The notes: generated by a model not told the origin, from the letters alone. Positions 25,989 through 40,946 are shown, counted from the first letter of the stretch. The stretch is 64,000 bases of DNA from Eledone cirrhosa (GCA_964016885.1 OZ024743.1:161572001-161636000), one strand, 5' to 3'. Numbers and translations are program-made.

Positions 25989-26066
25989 ATAAAACTATCA
26001 TATAGAAATGGTATATAAAACTATCATATAGAAATGGTATATAAAACTATCATATAGAAATGGCTA
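25989..26066 (+). repeat. 26-bp tandem triplication
   Basis: ATAAAACTATCATATAGAAATGGTAT x3. Confidence 0.85.
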
Positions 26067-26084
26067 TGTTCGGGCTACCACAGT

Positions 26085-26700
26085 GTATGATTAAACTACT
26101 ATAATGTGGTGACTATAAGACTACCATAGTGTTGTGACTATGGTAGGATTACCATAGTGTGGTGAGTGTGGTAGAACTACCATAGTGTAGTGACTATGGT
26201 AGGATTACCATAGTGTGGTAGAACTACCATAGTGTGGTGACTATGGTAGGATTACCATAGTGTGGTGACTGTGGTAGAACTACCATAGTGTGGTGACTAT
26301 AATAGAATTACCATACTGTGGTGACTATGGTAGGATTACTATAGTGTGGTGACTGTGGTAGAACTACCATAGTGTGGTGACTATAATAGAATTACCATAG
26401 TGTGGTGACTATGGTAGGATTACCATTGTGTGGTGACTGTGGTAGAACTACCATAGTGTGGTGACTATAATAGAATTACCATAGTGTGGTGACTATGGTA
26501 GGATTACCATAGTGTGGTGACTGTGGTAGAACTACCATAGTGTGGTGACTATGGGAGGATTGCCATAGTGTGGTGACAATGATAGGACTACCATAGTGTG
26601 GTGACTATGAAAGGACTACCATAGTGTGGTGACTATGGTAGGATTACCATAGTGTGGTGACTATGGTAAGACTACCATAGTGTGGTGACTATGTACAATG
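26085..26700 (+). repeat. 28-bp hairpin-unit minisatellite with an 84-bp higher-order repeat
   Basis: ACTATGGTA-GGAT-TACCATAGT-GTGGTG units; A-B-C variant triplet repeated three times at ~26240-26490. Confidence 0.92.
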
Positions 26701-27363
26701 ACCAAAAGTATGGTCGATAGCTATGATAGTATGGTTGGTAGCTATGATAGAAATACCATAGTATCTTTGGTAACCGTGATAGAACTAAGTAGAGTTTTTG
26801 AGGCTATTGTAAATGCAATAATGCCAATCAGTTTGATTACTTTAGAATGTCAACCAGTTTAGAGATAATTCAAAAGATCAAAGACATATTTATGAGAATA
26901 AGTATGAGGTTGTGAACTTTTGTTCCAGAGAAGCTTCTCATAAAATTTTGAATCTTATTACTATTTGCTCTCTTTAGCTTGATTGTGACTACCATTTTTA
27001 TTTTTACACTTCTCACCTCTCACTAATGTATGTCTGATTAATCTGAAAGTTAATTCTATATTTTATAGCCAGCATGTTTCTCTTTAATGTACTTTAAATT
27101 AAGTATTTCAATTAGTTTACATATGACATTAATGTAAAGATAATTACTAATTTCATATAACAGTTATCTCCCTAAAAAATTACCTCAGTGAAACATTTTA
27201 ATTAACTTTTCTATTATTAAGATATGACATACAATCTGTCATAGTGTTATCCTTAGGTATAATATGTATTATAACTGTGTGTAGTGTATCTTATAGTTAT
27301 ATGCAGTATATTTTATAATCATGTGTAGTGTATATTATACTTATGTGTACTGTTTGTTAAATG

Positions 27364-27565
27364 AACACCCATGTAATGTATGTCCAGTTGCTAACACCCA
27401 TGTAATGTATGTCCTGTTGTTAACACCCATTTAAAGTATGTCCAGTTGCTAACACCCATGTAATGTATGTCCAATTGCTAACACCCATGTAATGTATGTC
27501 CTGTTGTTAACACCCATTTAATGTATGTCCAGTTGTTAACACCCATGTAATGTATGTCCAGTTAT
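27364..27565 (+). repeat. 29-bp minisatellite, about 7 copies
   Basis: AACACCCATGTAATGTATGTCCAGTTGCT units. Confidence 0.9.
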
Positions 27566-28460
27566 AAATAATACACATGTAATATGTCTGCAATTGTTAA
27601 TACACATATACAGAATATTAAATTGTTACCAAGCGTGTAAGTTTAATTATCAACACCCATGGCTGCATCAACCTACTAACTTCAGATGCTGTTGCAATGA
27701 CTACCAAAATCAGCTGCTGTGTAAATTATACAAAAAAAAACAAAAGATAGCAACCACTGTTTTAAAGGAATTGACTTATTTAATATAATTGAAATACGTC
27801 TACTACAGTTTCTTTCACATCAGTGCCAACTAACATAATACTAATCCTTTCTCCTCTGCTGGCCATTTTCCTCCATTTTTCATGGAGGCAGTAAAATCGT
27901 CAACTATCTGAATTGTCATTCTTTGTTTTTTCCTTCCTTGACTAAATCGTGTGTACTTTCTTCATCAAATCACATTGTCTTCAGCACTCTCTCCACAATT
28001 CATAAGCTGGGAGTTTCACTAAATTCACTGAAAGGTATTTTATATGTTCTAACATTTTTGCCTTCCTCTTTGATGTCTTAATAAATTATATTTTAATGTC
28101 ATGATGACAAGTTAAACTGAAAGAGTAACCAGTCATTAATAGCATCAGTTGGTGTGTGCAGGAAAGATAACTGAGGTTGTATAGATGTTTGGATGAATAG
28201 AGGATACATTCTGGATGAAAAACCTGCAATGATACCTTGATATTTATAATATGCAGGTGAATTTATATTTATAATATGACAAGAGAGGAGGTGGTGGTCA
28301 TATTTTGAATGCTGATCCTCACATACAAGAGAAGAGAAGAGTGAAACTAGTTGTGATATGCTATAGAGCAGGCTGACTCTACTAATATCAGCATCATTGA
28401 CTTAAAAACAGCAGTGATAAAATAAACTGTAATCATTTTATGGTTCTCAGTTAAATATAA

Positions 28461-29322
28461 CTAGCTGATGTACCCAACTTTGCCCGGGTAAACAGATGAT
28501 AAGAGAAGACAGGTAAAAGAGAAAATGACTGTATTGGATGTTTGTCTGGTTACAGTATGAGGCGAGTCCGTGGTGTCTGTGTGATACAGAAAACAGTAAA
28601 ATAAAATCTTCCAGATATAACAGATTCTTCGTTGTACCGTTTGTGCATAGTATATGAACAATTCTAGGTGTTCCCACCTAGAATAGTGACCTCTAGGAGA
28701 TGGTTCATCTTCTGCCTGACTGTAAAATGTGTATCATTGCATAGACGTGGTTGTTCCACGTTTCTCAAAAGGATGATGGAAGTTCCAATCTTTTATATTA
28801 TATGAAGATATAGATATAGATAATTAATATAAAAGATGATGCTCAGCCAGTTCGTCTTCAACCATCGCAGCACGCCGTCGCTGCTTGGCTCCAGTGTTTC
28901 GTTGGCGTTGTTTTGCCAGCTCCTCTTCATTCATGGCGGCACGTCTTCGCCTCTGAAGTTCGGCGTTCCGATGGCGCTGTTTGGCCCGTTTTTCTTCATT
29001 CCTGGCTGCACGCCGTCGCCGCTGTAGTTCACTGTTTGATAAAGTTGAATTGCTTTTACTTTCTGTGGAACGCTGCACACACGCACGCACACACACACAA
29101 ACATATACGCACGTACGTACACACGTACACATGGTAATAGTTACAGTGTTCACTTTGCCTCTCTGTTTCTTACTCTCCCCTCTCACTCCCTCATTGGCAT
29201 TATGCGTATTAATTTAAGTTTGGCGTCGTTGAGGTGGGCGGAGTTGTTTGAAACCTATGAACCAATGATAATCGAGAATTATGACACACGGAATACTGAC
29301 GTTGTTGAAATTAATATATAGA
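28461..29322 (-). mobile_element. Internally deleted non-autonomous Helitron
   Basis: 5' TCTATATA at 29322; 3' hairpin TACCCGGG..GTTGGGTA then CTAG at 28464-28461; inserted between A and T; R/E-rich N-terminal coil; helicase remnants IILLRNVEQPRLCNDT and VGTP..TKNLLYLE. Confidence 0.85.
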
Positions 29323-30304
29323 TTAGGAGACTTTTTCAATCAGTAACTATCATGTTTCACATTTAAATATGTGTAGATAATAGTTTAATTTATAATTAAA
29401 CTGAACTGCAATGAAAGGGAGAAGACTACAAGCAAAGAATACAACAAATTATTTAATCAGTCAGCTTCTACTTTAATCAATTGTTGGATATAATTTTACC
29501 CAATCATTGTTAACTGGAGCTACTCAACACCAACAACAACACCAACAAATACTATTGCTATTACTAGTCCATGCACATCACCTGAAATAAGTGCTGACTA
29601 TAGTCAACTGTTACACTCTAAGACAGCCTTGCTTTCCTTCATTTTAACGACCATCAGAACCTCAGGATGGTCAACGCTGGAATGCTATTGATCACAGGTC
29701 TGGTTTATTAGGATTAACTCAATGCTGAAAAACAACAACGACAAAAAGAGAAGAGATTTGAGTATTCAGTACATTCCTCAAATAAATAAGAGTGTGGTAT
29801 ATCTAGAGCACATAGTCTTTCAACTATATACCAATATGCTGTTAGGTCTGTTCACTCAGACCTAACAGAAGGGTTCAATACTTCTATTACTACTATTGCT
29901 ATTTCCAATATTAATCATAAACATCTTACCTGATTGTCATTCTTATCTATTCTTATTCCTTGCTTCTTCTGATCTCTGTCACCTTGCAACCACCACTATT
30001 TACTTCTGTCAAAGTTTTATTAATATTTTCAGATGAAGTATCAATATTCTATTTATTTCAGACTATACCATCTACAGGCTGATCTTCTAACACTGTTATT
30101 TTCCATTATTTCTCAGATTCTCCACTAGTTGTTAATCTTGACCAACTAAAATACTAATTTTAAAACCTTTTTATTTTATCTCATGTATTATTATTATGCT
30201 TTGTGTTTTTCCCCTTCCTTCAGTTTTGTTTCCATGTCTTGCCGGGTATTTTCCCAACATCCATTAGGATTATGATTATTATTATTATTATTGTTGTTGT
30301 TGTT

Positions 30305-30493
30305 ATGTGGTGGATTGGCAGTATCGGTAGAGAGTCAGACGCCATGCTTTGCAGCAAAGAGTTACGGCCCTTTATGGTCTGAGTTCAAATCCCGCTGAGG
30401 TTTACTTTGCCTTTTATCCTTACGGGGTCGATAAAATAAAGTACCAGTAATACACTGATATAATTGCTGGCCTTGTGCCAAAAGTAGAAACAA
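30305..30493 (+). mobile_element. tRNA-derived SINE
   Basis: A and B boxes, central GCCTTTTATCCTTACGGGGTCGATAAAA, 3' GTAGAAAC then simple repeat; degenerate second copy at ~30556-30700. Confidence 0.88.
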
Positions 30494-31030
30494 TTGTTGT
30501 TGTTGTTGTTATTGTTGTTGTTGCTACTACTACTACTACTACTACTACTATTCTGAAGGGCAGTGAATTAGAAGAATGAGAGCTTTGGACAAAGCACCTT
30601 GCTGTATTTATTCGGGCTCTTTATGTTCCTAATGTAAATCCCACTGTGGTCAACTTTACCTTTCATCACTCTAGGTTTGATAAAATAAAGTACCTATCAA
30701 GTACAATTTGATTGTTCTACCTCCACTAGCCCCAATTCAGTTCTAGATATTTATGTCAAAAGCAGCAGTTTCTGGTCCACCCAGATATTATCTTATTATC
30801 TCTTTGGTGGTCTGCCTCCTTTTCTCTGGCCTTGGAAAGCTCCCTTGAATACTCAATAGACCATAGATGTATCCAGTTGGCAAATGGCATGACCAAACTA
30901 TTGAAGTCAGCTCTTCTGGATGACTTGTAAAATCATAGTACTAGCTACCAGTCCTTTTCTTACTAAATGAACCAGTGATGATCTTATTAACACTGATTCA
31001 TTTGACTCCTAATCAAATTACGTAACCTCA

Positions 31031-33515
31031 TTATTATTATCATGAATTTGATATCTCGATCATTAAAGTTATTTAACCGAAAAAACTGCCGAAATGAACA
31101 TCAAGCCACTACTTGCAGCCTCAGATATTCCGGACATATTGGAGGGTCTTTGCTATTCCCAGTGGGCATGCCTTTTGAAGTGTTCCAAAAAAGGTGACTG
31201 GAAAGCCTTGAAAACTCTTTGAGACAGTACCTAGTGCAGCTATGATGATGGAGACGGCCTTTATCTCAAGACAGTCCCAAATACTTTTTAGTTCCCACTT
31301 TAGATCCTGGTACCAGTTAATTTTCTCCCTCTCCTTTTCTTGTATTCTTAAATCAAAGGGGTAAACTACATCATTGATCAAGCAAGATCTTTTTTCCATA
31401 GCAAGAACCACCAATTCAGGCTTATTGTGTTCTAATTCTTTATCTACTTGTATCCTGAAATCCCACAACACCTTCACCTGATTGTTTTCTATCATTGAAC
31501 CTGGCTTATGCTCTTACCACTTCTCAGAATGTGATAAATTATTCTGTTTGCATAAATGCCAGTGAATCACTTTTTCTATTATATCATGCCTTCATCTTTT
31601 ATGAGTCTGGATACGATGTGAGCCACAGTTTCTTCTCTCTTGCTCCACCGATGTTACAGAGTGAGCTAGCCTTCTCCTTGTCAGTATAATGTTTCACCCA
31701 CTTCATTCGAAGGGCTTTTTCTCTACAACCAGTAGCAACCCCTCTGTAGCTTTCTTAAGGTCCCCTTTCTTTAATCAGTTCCATGTCTGCAGATCTCTGA
31801 ATTTTGTTTTTGTCAAAAAGTTGCTATGAAGAGCTTTTTCATTCAGGTTGTTTTTCCTCTTTGTCATTACTTCTTTCTTGAATATCCTCTGGTCTATTGA
31901 CTCCTCCTTCTATACAGCCTTAAACATTGACTTGTTACTCTCAGACACATATTTATGTAAACAGCTCTTCTCTATCTGAACACAGTCCTCAATATTGATA
32001 AAATCTCTCCTGTCTTCAGCACTAAGTACAGTCGACCCTCCTTATGAAACGTACTGTTGGTAGTCATTAATTTCCTTGTCTTTCTAGCCAATTTTTTTTT
32101 GCTCGTTTACATTCCATTTAAGAATTCCTGCACTGTACTTAATAATAGACACAGCTTGGAAATTTATTGCACTAATGGCATTCCTACTGTTCAGATAGGA
32201 TTTTAGTACTCTTTTTACTCTCCTTATGTATTCAAATCTTATCATCTTCATTTTATTGTCCTTGATGGTATCTGCCTCCAAAACACAGAAATACATATCT
32301 CCTTCTTTGGCATCAATGTCCTTTATCACCTCACCCATTGGTATCTCGATTCCTTTACTTCTCTTCAATTTGCTCCTCCTCAGCACTAGGACTCCACATT
32401 TAGTCATATCAAATCCCATACAAATATTATTGCTGAAAATACAAACAGTGTTAACAAGTACATCTAACTCCTTCTCATTCTTCCTAGAGAGCTTTAGGTC
32501 ATCCATGAAGAAGAGATGGTTGATAGTAAGCTCTCCTCTTCCCAGTTCATATCCTGCCTTGACTATTCGCAATACGAGGGACAAGGGTACGAGGTTAAGG
32601 ACAAACAATAAAGAAGACAGACTATCTCCTTAGTAGATACTTCTCTTGATTTTCACTCCTCCCAAGGATTCTCCCTGTGATGTTAACTCTGTCTCCCAGT
32701 TCTTCATACTATTACTTAATAACAGTCTGGTGTTGTCTGCCACCTTGAAGATTTTTAGGTACTTGGTTATCCAAGAATGAGGAACCTTGTCAAATGCCTT
32801 CTTGTAATCTATCTATCCCATGGCAAAACCAGTACGCCTCCTCCTTCAGTTCCTTATTATCATCTTGTTAATAAGTAACTGGGTTTTTTTGTACCACAGA
32901 ACTTCTTTCAGCATCCTTTCTGTTCCTCTGGCAATAAGTTGTTTATGTCAAAATGGCGGTAGATTTTCTCAGACATAATGCTTGTTAGCAATTTCCACAG
33001 ACATGTGATAGTTCTATTGTTGGTAACATCAGTTCCTTTAGCTTGGTCTTTCATCATTAAAACTATGATACTTTTTGTCAACCACTGTGGTGCTTCACCC
33101 GACATCAACCAATCATTGAACATGATTGTCAGTATCGGATGGAGAGATCTTATATTCTTAGTCCTATATTCTTGCACACCATCAAGGCTTGGTGACTTTC
33201 AGTTGGTTAATTTATTGGCTTGGTTTTTAAAGGTTTAACCGAGATACTCAAATCAGGTTATTGGTGTGCTTGTTCATTAATTTCCTTTTTAACAGTCTGA
33301 ATCCACTCTGCCCGACTATTATGCTCAGTATCCTACTCCCAAATCACTCTCCAAAATCTGTTTGTCTGTTCAGCCTCAGGGATAGCATCATTACCTCTTT
33401 CTTTCCTTTTTAGTTGTTCAAATAACATTTTTTGGTTGTTGTTGAACATGTGGTTTTGTCTATACTGGTTAACTCTGCTCTCATATCTTTTGATTTTGCA
33501 CTTTTGGCTATGACA
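31031..33515 (-). mobile_element. 5'-truncated R4/Dong-like non-LTR retrotransposon (RT + RLE), decayed
   Basis: RTITCL..WKLLT, LPEEQKGC, GDSLS, HLFFMDDLKL; RLE region LWDF..HNKPELVV..CLIND..PFD..EK..YQDL..IIIAALGTV; 3' end at (TAA)n. Confidence 0.85.
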
Positions 33516-33596
33516 TGTTAATTTAGTTCCAACATTTAGCCCTTTTCCCTTTATTATTATCATTGTTGTTGTTAATATTATCATCATTATTATTAG

Positions 33597-34510
33597 GGTG
33601 GTGGATTGGCATTATTGGTTGGGTGTCAGACAACATGCTTTGTGGTATATAGTTATGGCCCTTTATGCTCTGCGTTCAAATCCCGCCAAGGTTAGCTTTG
33701 TCTTTCATCCTTACGGGGTCGATAAAATAAAGTACCAGTCATGCACTGAGGTTGATTTAATCAACTTTCCCCTCCTACCGAAAATTGCTGGCCTTGTGCC
33801 TATATAAGAAACCATTATTATTTGGATTGGCAGTATCGGTAGAGGGTCGGACGTCATGCTTTCCAGCATAGTTACGTCCCTTTACGATCTAAGTTCAAAT
33901 CCCGCCGAGGTTAACTTTGCCTTTCATCCTTACGAGGTCGATAAAATAAAGTACCAGTAATACACTGGGTAATTGCTGGCCTTATGCCAAACGTAGAAAC
34001 AATTATTATTATTATTATTATTGTGCAGTGGATTGGCAGTATCAGTAGAGGGTTGGATGCCATGCTTTGCTGCATAGAGTTACAGCCGTTACAGTCTGAG
34101 TTCAAATACCACCAAAGGTAACTTTGCCTTTCATCCTTATGGGGTCAATAAAATAAAGTACCAGTAATGCGCTGAGGTAATTGCTAGCCTTGTGCCAAAA
34201 ATAGAAACAATTATTTTAAATATGTCACAGTATTTGTTCCAACATTCTGAGTTCAAATCCCACAAAGATCAACTTTGCCCCTCATCCTTCCGACGTCGAT
34301 AAAATAAATGTTAGTTAGGTACTCAAGGAGATTTAATTGACTTCCCCTGCCCCAAACATTGCTGGTCTTGTGTTTAAGCTAGAAATCATTATTCTTATGG
34401 GCAAATCCTTTTGGGATCCATAAAATAAAGTACTAGTCAAGGTGAGGAAGATATTGTTTGATGAGATACTTAGTAGTATCTGTTCTGATTCTTTACATAC
34501 TGAGTTCAAT
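33597..34510 (+). mobile_element. Head-to-tail cluster of 4-5 SINE copies
   Basis: Copies at ~33597-33812, 33823-34000, 34027-34210, partial 34230-34390 and 34415-34510, separated by (ATT)n. Confidence 0.88.
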
Positions 34511-34795
34511 TGTTCTTTGACCTACTTGGTTGATTGACTTAATCTGTTTCCAGCATCCAGGCCACATTTCCCCCACCCCTCCTTCATTCTTCCTCCCCAT
34601 CTATGCAATAAAAACAAAAAAGACACAGTAATATACTGGTTTGATTGGATGAACAACACAAATTCGAGGCTTTATTCCAAAGATAAAAATCCTTATTATT
34701 GCTACTATAAACTTTTACCCTTATATTATAGCGCCAACCAAAAAACATATTGTTGCTTTTATTTTCATTTCTTTTATTTCACTTTCTTTTCACAG

Positions 34796-34948
34796 AAAAG
34801 CAAAAAAGATGTCAGCAATTTCGACCGTGAATTCACCAGTGAAGCTCCAAAATTGACACCAACGGACAAACTATTCATTATGAATTTGGACCAGACTGAG
34901 TTTTCTGGATTCTCCTACATCAATCCTGAATTTGTTATCTCTGTTTGA
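34796..34948 (+). CDS. PRKCB: Conventional protein kinase C, terminal (V5) exon B, PKC betaI-like
   Basis: Long pyrimidine tract and CACAG acceptor; phase 0; [50 protein letters not shown], close to the betaI tail ([31 protein letters not shown]). Confidence 0.95.
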   Translation, partial: KSKKDVSNFDREFTSEAPKLTPTDKLFIMNLDQTEFSGFSYINPEFVISV

Positions 34949-36730
<1,782 letters not shown>

Positions 36731-37246
36731 TGTTGTAATTTACTTTCAAATAATATATTGATAACTTATAAAGATAAGGAATCACAGGTAATTAAAATTT
36801 CAATTATCTACTGAAAAGTATTTAGTTTCATGATTAAAGACATGATGCTGTGAAACGTTAGTTACATAACATCACACCATGTAGCATATAGATATTTGAG
36901 AGACCTACATGGTGTTACAAGAGTTAAGAGTAACGCAACTAGCACCTTCCTATCTTATACATATATAAAGTTCTACTTTCACAACCTCAGCAACTTACTA
37001 TAATATTGCTGTGAACAAACTTCTTGTTTCTCTGAGATGCAGCTGGCACACATATTCACATCTATATGCCTCCTTCCACCAGTCTCCCAAGAGATTTTCT
37101 AGATTTTTTATCAATACCAATTTTTCTAGAGTAAGCTATATTAAATGACATATGTATATATGCAAATCCAAAATATATTGATTCAAAAATGTCTTGTGAC
37201 CATGATAACTGTGAAAGAATCTCAGCTTCTGATTTTAATATATATA

Positions 37247-38070
37247 TATGATGTGGTGCCAGTATGTTCCTGGACCAGGCCTAAATCATGTATGCTGTAC
37301 ACCAGTAAATAATGAATTTCATGTATTATTTATATTTGAGAACTCTCCCCTTTGAAATAATCCCTTTAGGAATATACACTGCAATCTCAGTACATCTTCC
37401 ATGCCTCAAAAGTACTGCAGAAGTCTTCTTTCTAAAGGTAATTGAATATCACTTGCAATTTAATTTGAATTTCATTTACCATCTACTTCAACTTCAGTTT
37501 CATTTTGGGAAATATGGTGAAGTCTTAGGAGGATAGGCATTGATCGAATGTCAAGAGCCAGGACCCATTTTTTATAGCAATGTGATGCATGTTCGCAGTA
37601 TTTGTGAGTATCTCCTGGCAGACTTCATAATTGATTCCAATTAGAACTGATGGATTCGTGGATGAGACCACAGATTTTTCTGGCATTTTGCCAAAGATTG
37701 GTTTCTCTGAACACTCATCAACTTCTTGAAACATGCGTTCCTGTCAAAAACATGTGTTCAACCTAAAGATTATTCACCAAAAGCCTGACAAATCATATTG
37801 AATATCTGGGTAGCAAATTTGTTGAGCTTCATTCAAATTTTGATGCATAAATGTTGCATAAATTTGTCATCTATTATAAAGATTGCAGAGGTATTTTAAC
37901 ACAATGTTACTAACTCTCATAGAATTATTGAACTTGAATAGATAGCATAAAGCTTATTTAGGGACTGACTCAGTAAACTGGCTGCCAATGATCATCAGGT
38001 CTTCACACTCTTCCATTGGACAGTATAATTATAGCACATGTAGTCCGAAACTTTCTGATAATATCTCGCA
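37247..38070 (-). mobile_element. Old Tc1/mariner-type remnant
   Basis: Loosely complementary ends (TATGATGTGGTGCCAGTATGTTCCTGGAC vs GTCCGAAACTTTCTGATAATATCTCGCA) next to TA; no intact ORF. Confidence 0.4.
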
Positions 38071-38372
38071 CATGTATGTGTACAAATTTACACATGCATG
38101 GACATATACATGCTCATACATCAATCAAGTGAAACCCTCATTAACTCTGGCTTTCCTATAAGGTTTCACTCTTTCAAAAAAACACTCTAATATGTTTTAC
38201 CTGTTGTACTTGAGGTCATTTCAGTGAGGCTACATTCCACCACCTCTATCTATCACTCCCCAACTATGCTCTCCCTATTTCCTTCTTTCTCTCTTTTCCT
38301 CTACATTCTGTATACATTTTTAACATATTTTTGGCAAGAATATTGTTTTTCATTATTGTTATTATTATTATA

Positions 38373-38584
38373 AGGTTAGTAGATTGGCAGTATTGGTAGA
38401 GCGTCGGACAACATGCTTTGCAGCATAGAGTTATGGCCCTTTACATTCTGAGTTCAAATCAAGGTTAGCTTTGCCTTTCAACCTTATGGGGTCGATAAAA
38501 TAAAGTACCAGTAACGCACTGGGGGTCGATTTAATCAACTTTCCAATCCCCAAAAATTGTTGGCTTTGTGCCTAAATCAGAAAC

Positions 38585-38585
<1 letters not shown>
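38373..38585 (+). mobile_element. tRNA-derived SINE with (ATT)n tail
   Basis: Same family as the 33597 copy. Confidence 0.88.
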
Positions 38586-38630
<45 letters not shown>

Positions 38631-38834
38631 TTTCAATTTTACAATTTTACAAAATATTGTTGACTTTTATTTCAACCTAAACTCCAAATATTTTATGGCC
38701 AAAAGGCATTAAAAAGGGTTAAAAAGGATTAAAAACAAAAACACTAAAGTTTGTTGTATGGGGTTTCTTTACATTTCCACCCGCCAACCTATCATTTCAA
38801 ATTTTTTTATATGCTACATGTTTGTTTCTTTGTT

Positions 38835-38873
<39 letters not shown>

Positions 38874-39864
38874 TGTGTGTGTATGTATATATATATGTAT
38901 ATATATATTTGCACTCTTTAAGATTTCGTAAATATGTTATTTTGAAATATATATTCTTGAAGAACATAACAAAAATACTAAAAAATAATTCATAATAGTA
39001 ATAATAATGATAATACTAATAATAATACTTATATAGTCATATACTGGCTCCCTTCTGTCGTTCTTCACCGCACTTTGCACTACAATTCAACTATATGAGT
39101 TACTCATCTATCCTATTATCATCGCAAAGGGGGAAATAAACAAAAAACAAAGGGTCAGCAACCCCCACTTCCTTTCTTTGGTGCAATTTTTTCCCTTCTG
39201 TAAACTTTTATGACATCTGAAAAATAAATCCCCTCCCATGAAAATTAAATATGCATCGATTTCATTTGTTTGTTTTTTTTTCTTCATTTTTTTGTGTTAT
39301 AAATAAATAAATTAAAAAGTAATTTTTATTTTTTTTTTATTTTTTAATCCCTTTTTTATTCCAATAATGCATAAATATGACCTAAGAAGCAATTTAACCC
39401 CCTATATACACACAACCTAAACACATGTCCTAAATATATATATATATATTCTATCGTTCTCTTGGCACCTTTAATTTAATAATGCATTGTATGGCTTTTA
39501 AAATTATCTAAATATATATGTATATATATATGTGTTTGTATATATATATATATATATATACACATATATATTCATATATATATACATATATATATATATA
39601 CATATATATACATATATATATATACATATATATAGATATATATATATAGATATATATATATATACATATATATATATACATATATATAGATATACATATA
39701 TATAGATATACATATCTATATATATATATATACATATATATACATATATTTACATCTATATATACATATATATATACATATATGTCTATACACATATATA
39801 TATACATATATGTGTATATATATATATGTATATATACATATGTATATATGTATATATACATATG

Positions 39865-40185
39865 TATCATCATCATCATCATCATCATCATTTTACGTCC
39901 GCTTTTCCCTGCTTGCAAGGGTGAGACGGGAACTGATTCTGGCTTGATTTCTACAGCTGGATGCCCTTCCTAACACCAACCTCATTTACAGTGAGTGCTG
40001 GGTGGTTTTATGCCGTGGCACCTCCACGACCACTTTGCAGTGGAATGATATGGACCCCAGTCCCTATCATCTCATTTCTACAGCTGAATAAACTGGAGCA
40101 ATGTGAAATAAAGTGTCTTGCTCAAGGAAACAACACATCACCCGGTCTGAGAATTGAACTCACAACCTTTCGATTGCAAGGCCAA
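39865..40185 (-). mobile_element. Second SINE family with (GAT)n tail
   Basis: Minus strand B box GAGTTCAATTCTC; related + copy at ~48630-48960. Confidence 0.7.
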
Positions 40186-40289
40186 TATATGTATATATAT
40201 ATATGTATATATATATGTATATATATGTATATATATATATGTATATATATGTATATATATATGTATATATATATGTATATATATGTATG

Positions 40290-40324
<35 letters not shown>

Positions 40325-40453
40325 GTATATATATATGTACATATATATATATATATATTCTTATATACATTTATGTACATATATATATATTCTTATATAC
40401 ATATATGTACATATATATATATATATATAAATATATTTACATATATATATATG

Positions 40454-40504
<51 letters not shown>

Positions 40505-40835
40505 GTATATATATATATGTATATATGTATATATATGTATATATATATGTATATATATGTATATATATATATGTATATATATATGTATATATATATATAT
40601 GTATATATATATATGTATATATATATGTATATATATATGTATATATATATGTATATATATATGTATATATATATATGTATAAATATATGTATATATATAT
40701 GTATATATATAAGTATATATTAATAAGAGGAATTCCAACTTTGTCTGATTTACTTGTTTTATTTACAATCCTTTAAAATTTATAATGGTATTATAATGAA
40801 ATAGTATGATAGAATATTAAATTCTAAGTGTTAAT

Positions 40836-40874
40836 TGAACAAGTACTTTCATGCTTTCGCAATCTTCAGGTTCA
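40836..40874 (-). ncRNA. Minimal hammerhead motif, left arm
   Basis: Mirror image of 40947-40985. Confidence 0.7.
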
Positions 40875-40946
40875 TAATATGTGGTGACAGTCAAGTTTGC
40901 AATTTCCACAGTTGAAAATTGCAAACTTGACTATCACCACATATTA

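Noticed and set aside
26085-26700. CRISPR-like palindromic repeats
   Set aside because: The linker between hairpins is a constant 6 nt; it is a minisatellite
30305-30400. tRNA genes at A/B-box sites
   Set aside because: No cloverleaf; these are SINE heads followed by a shared body and tail
34649-34795. N-terminal half of the 99-aa ORF 34649-34948
   Set aside because: Intron read-through including the pyrimidine tract; PKC similarity starts after the AG at 34795
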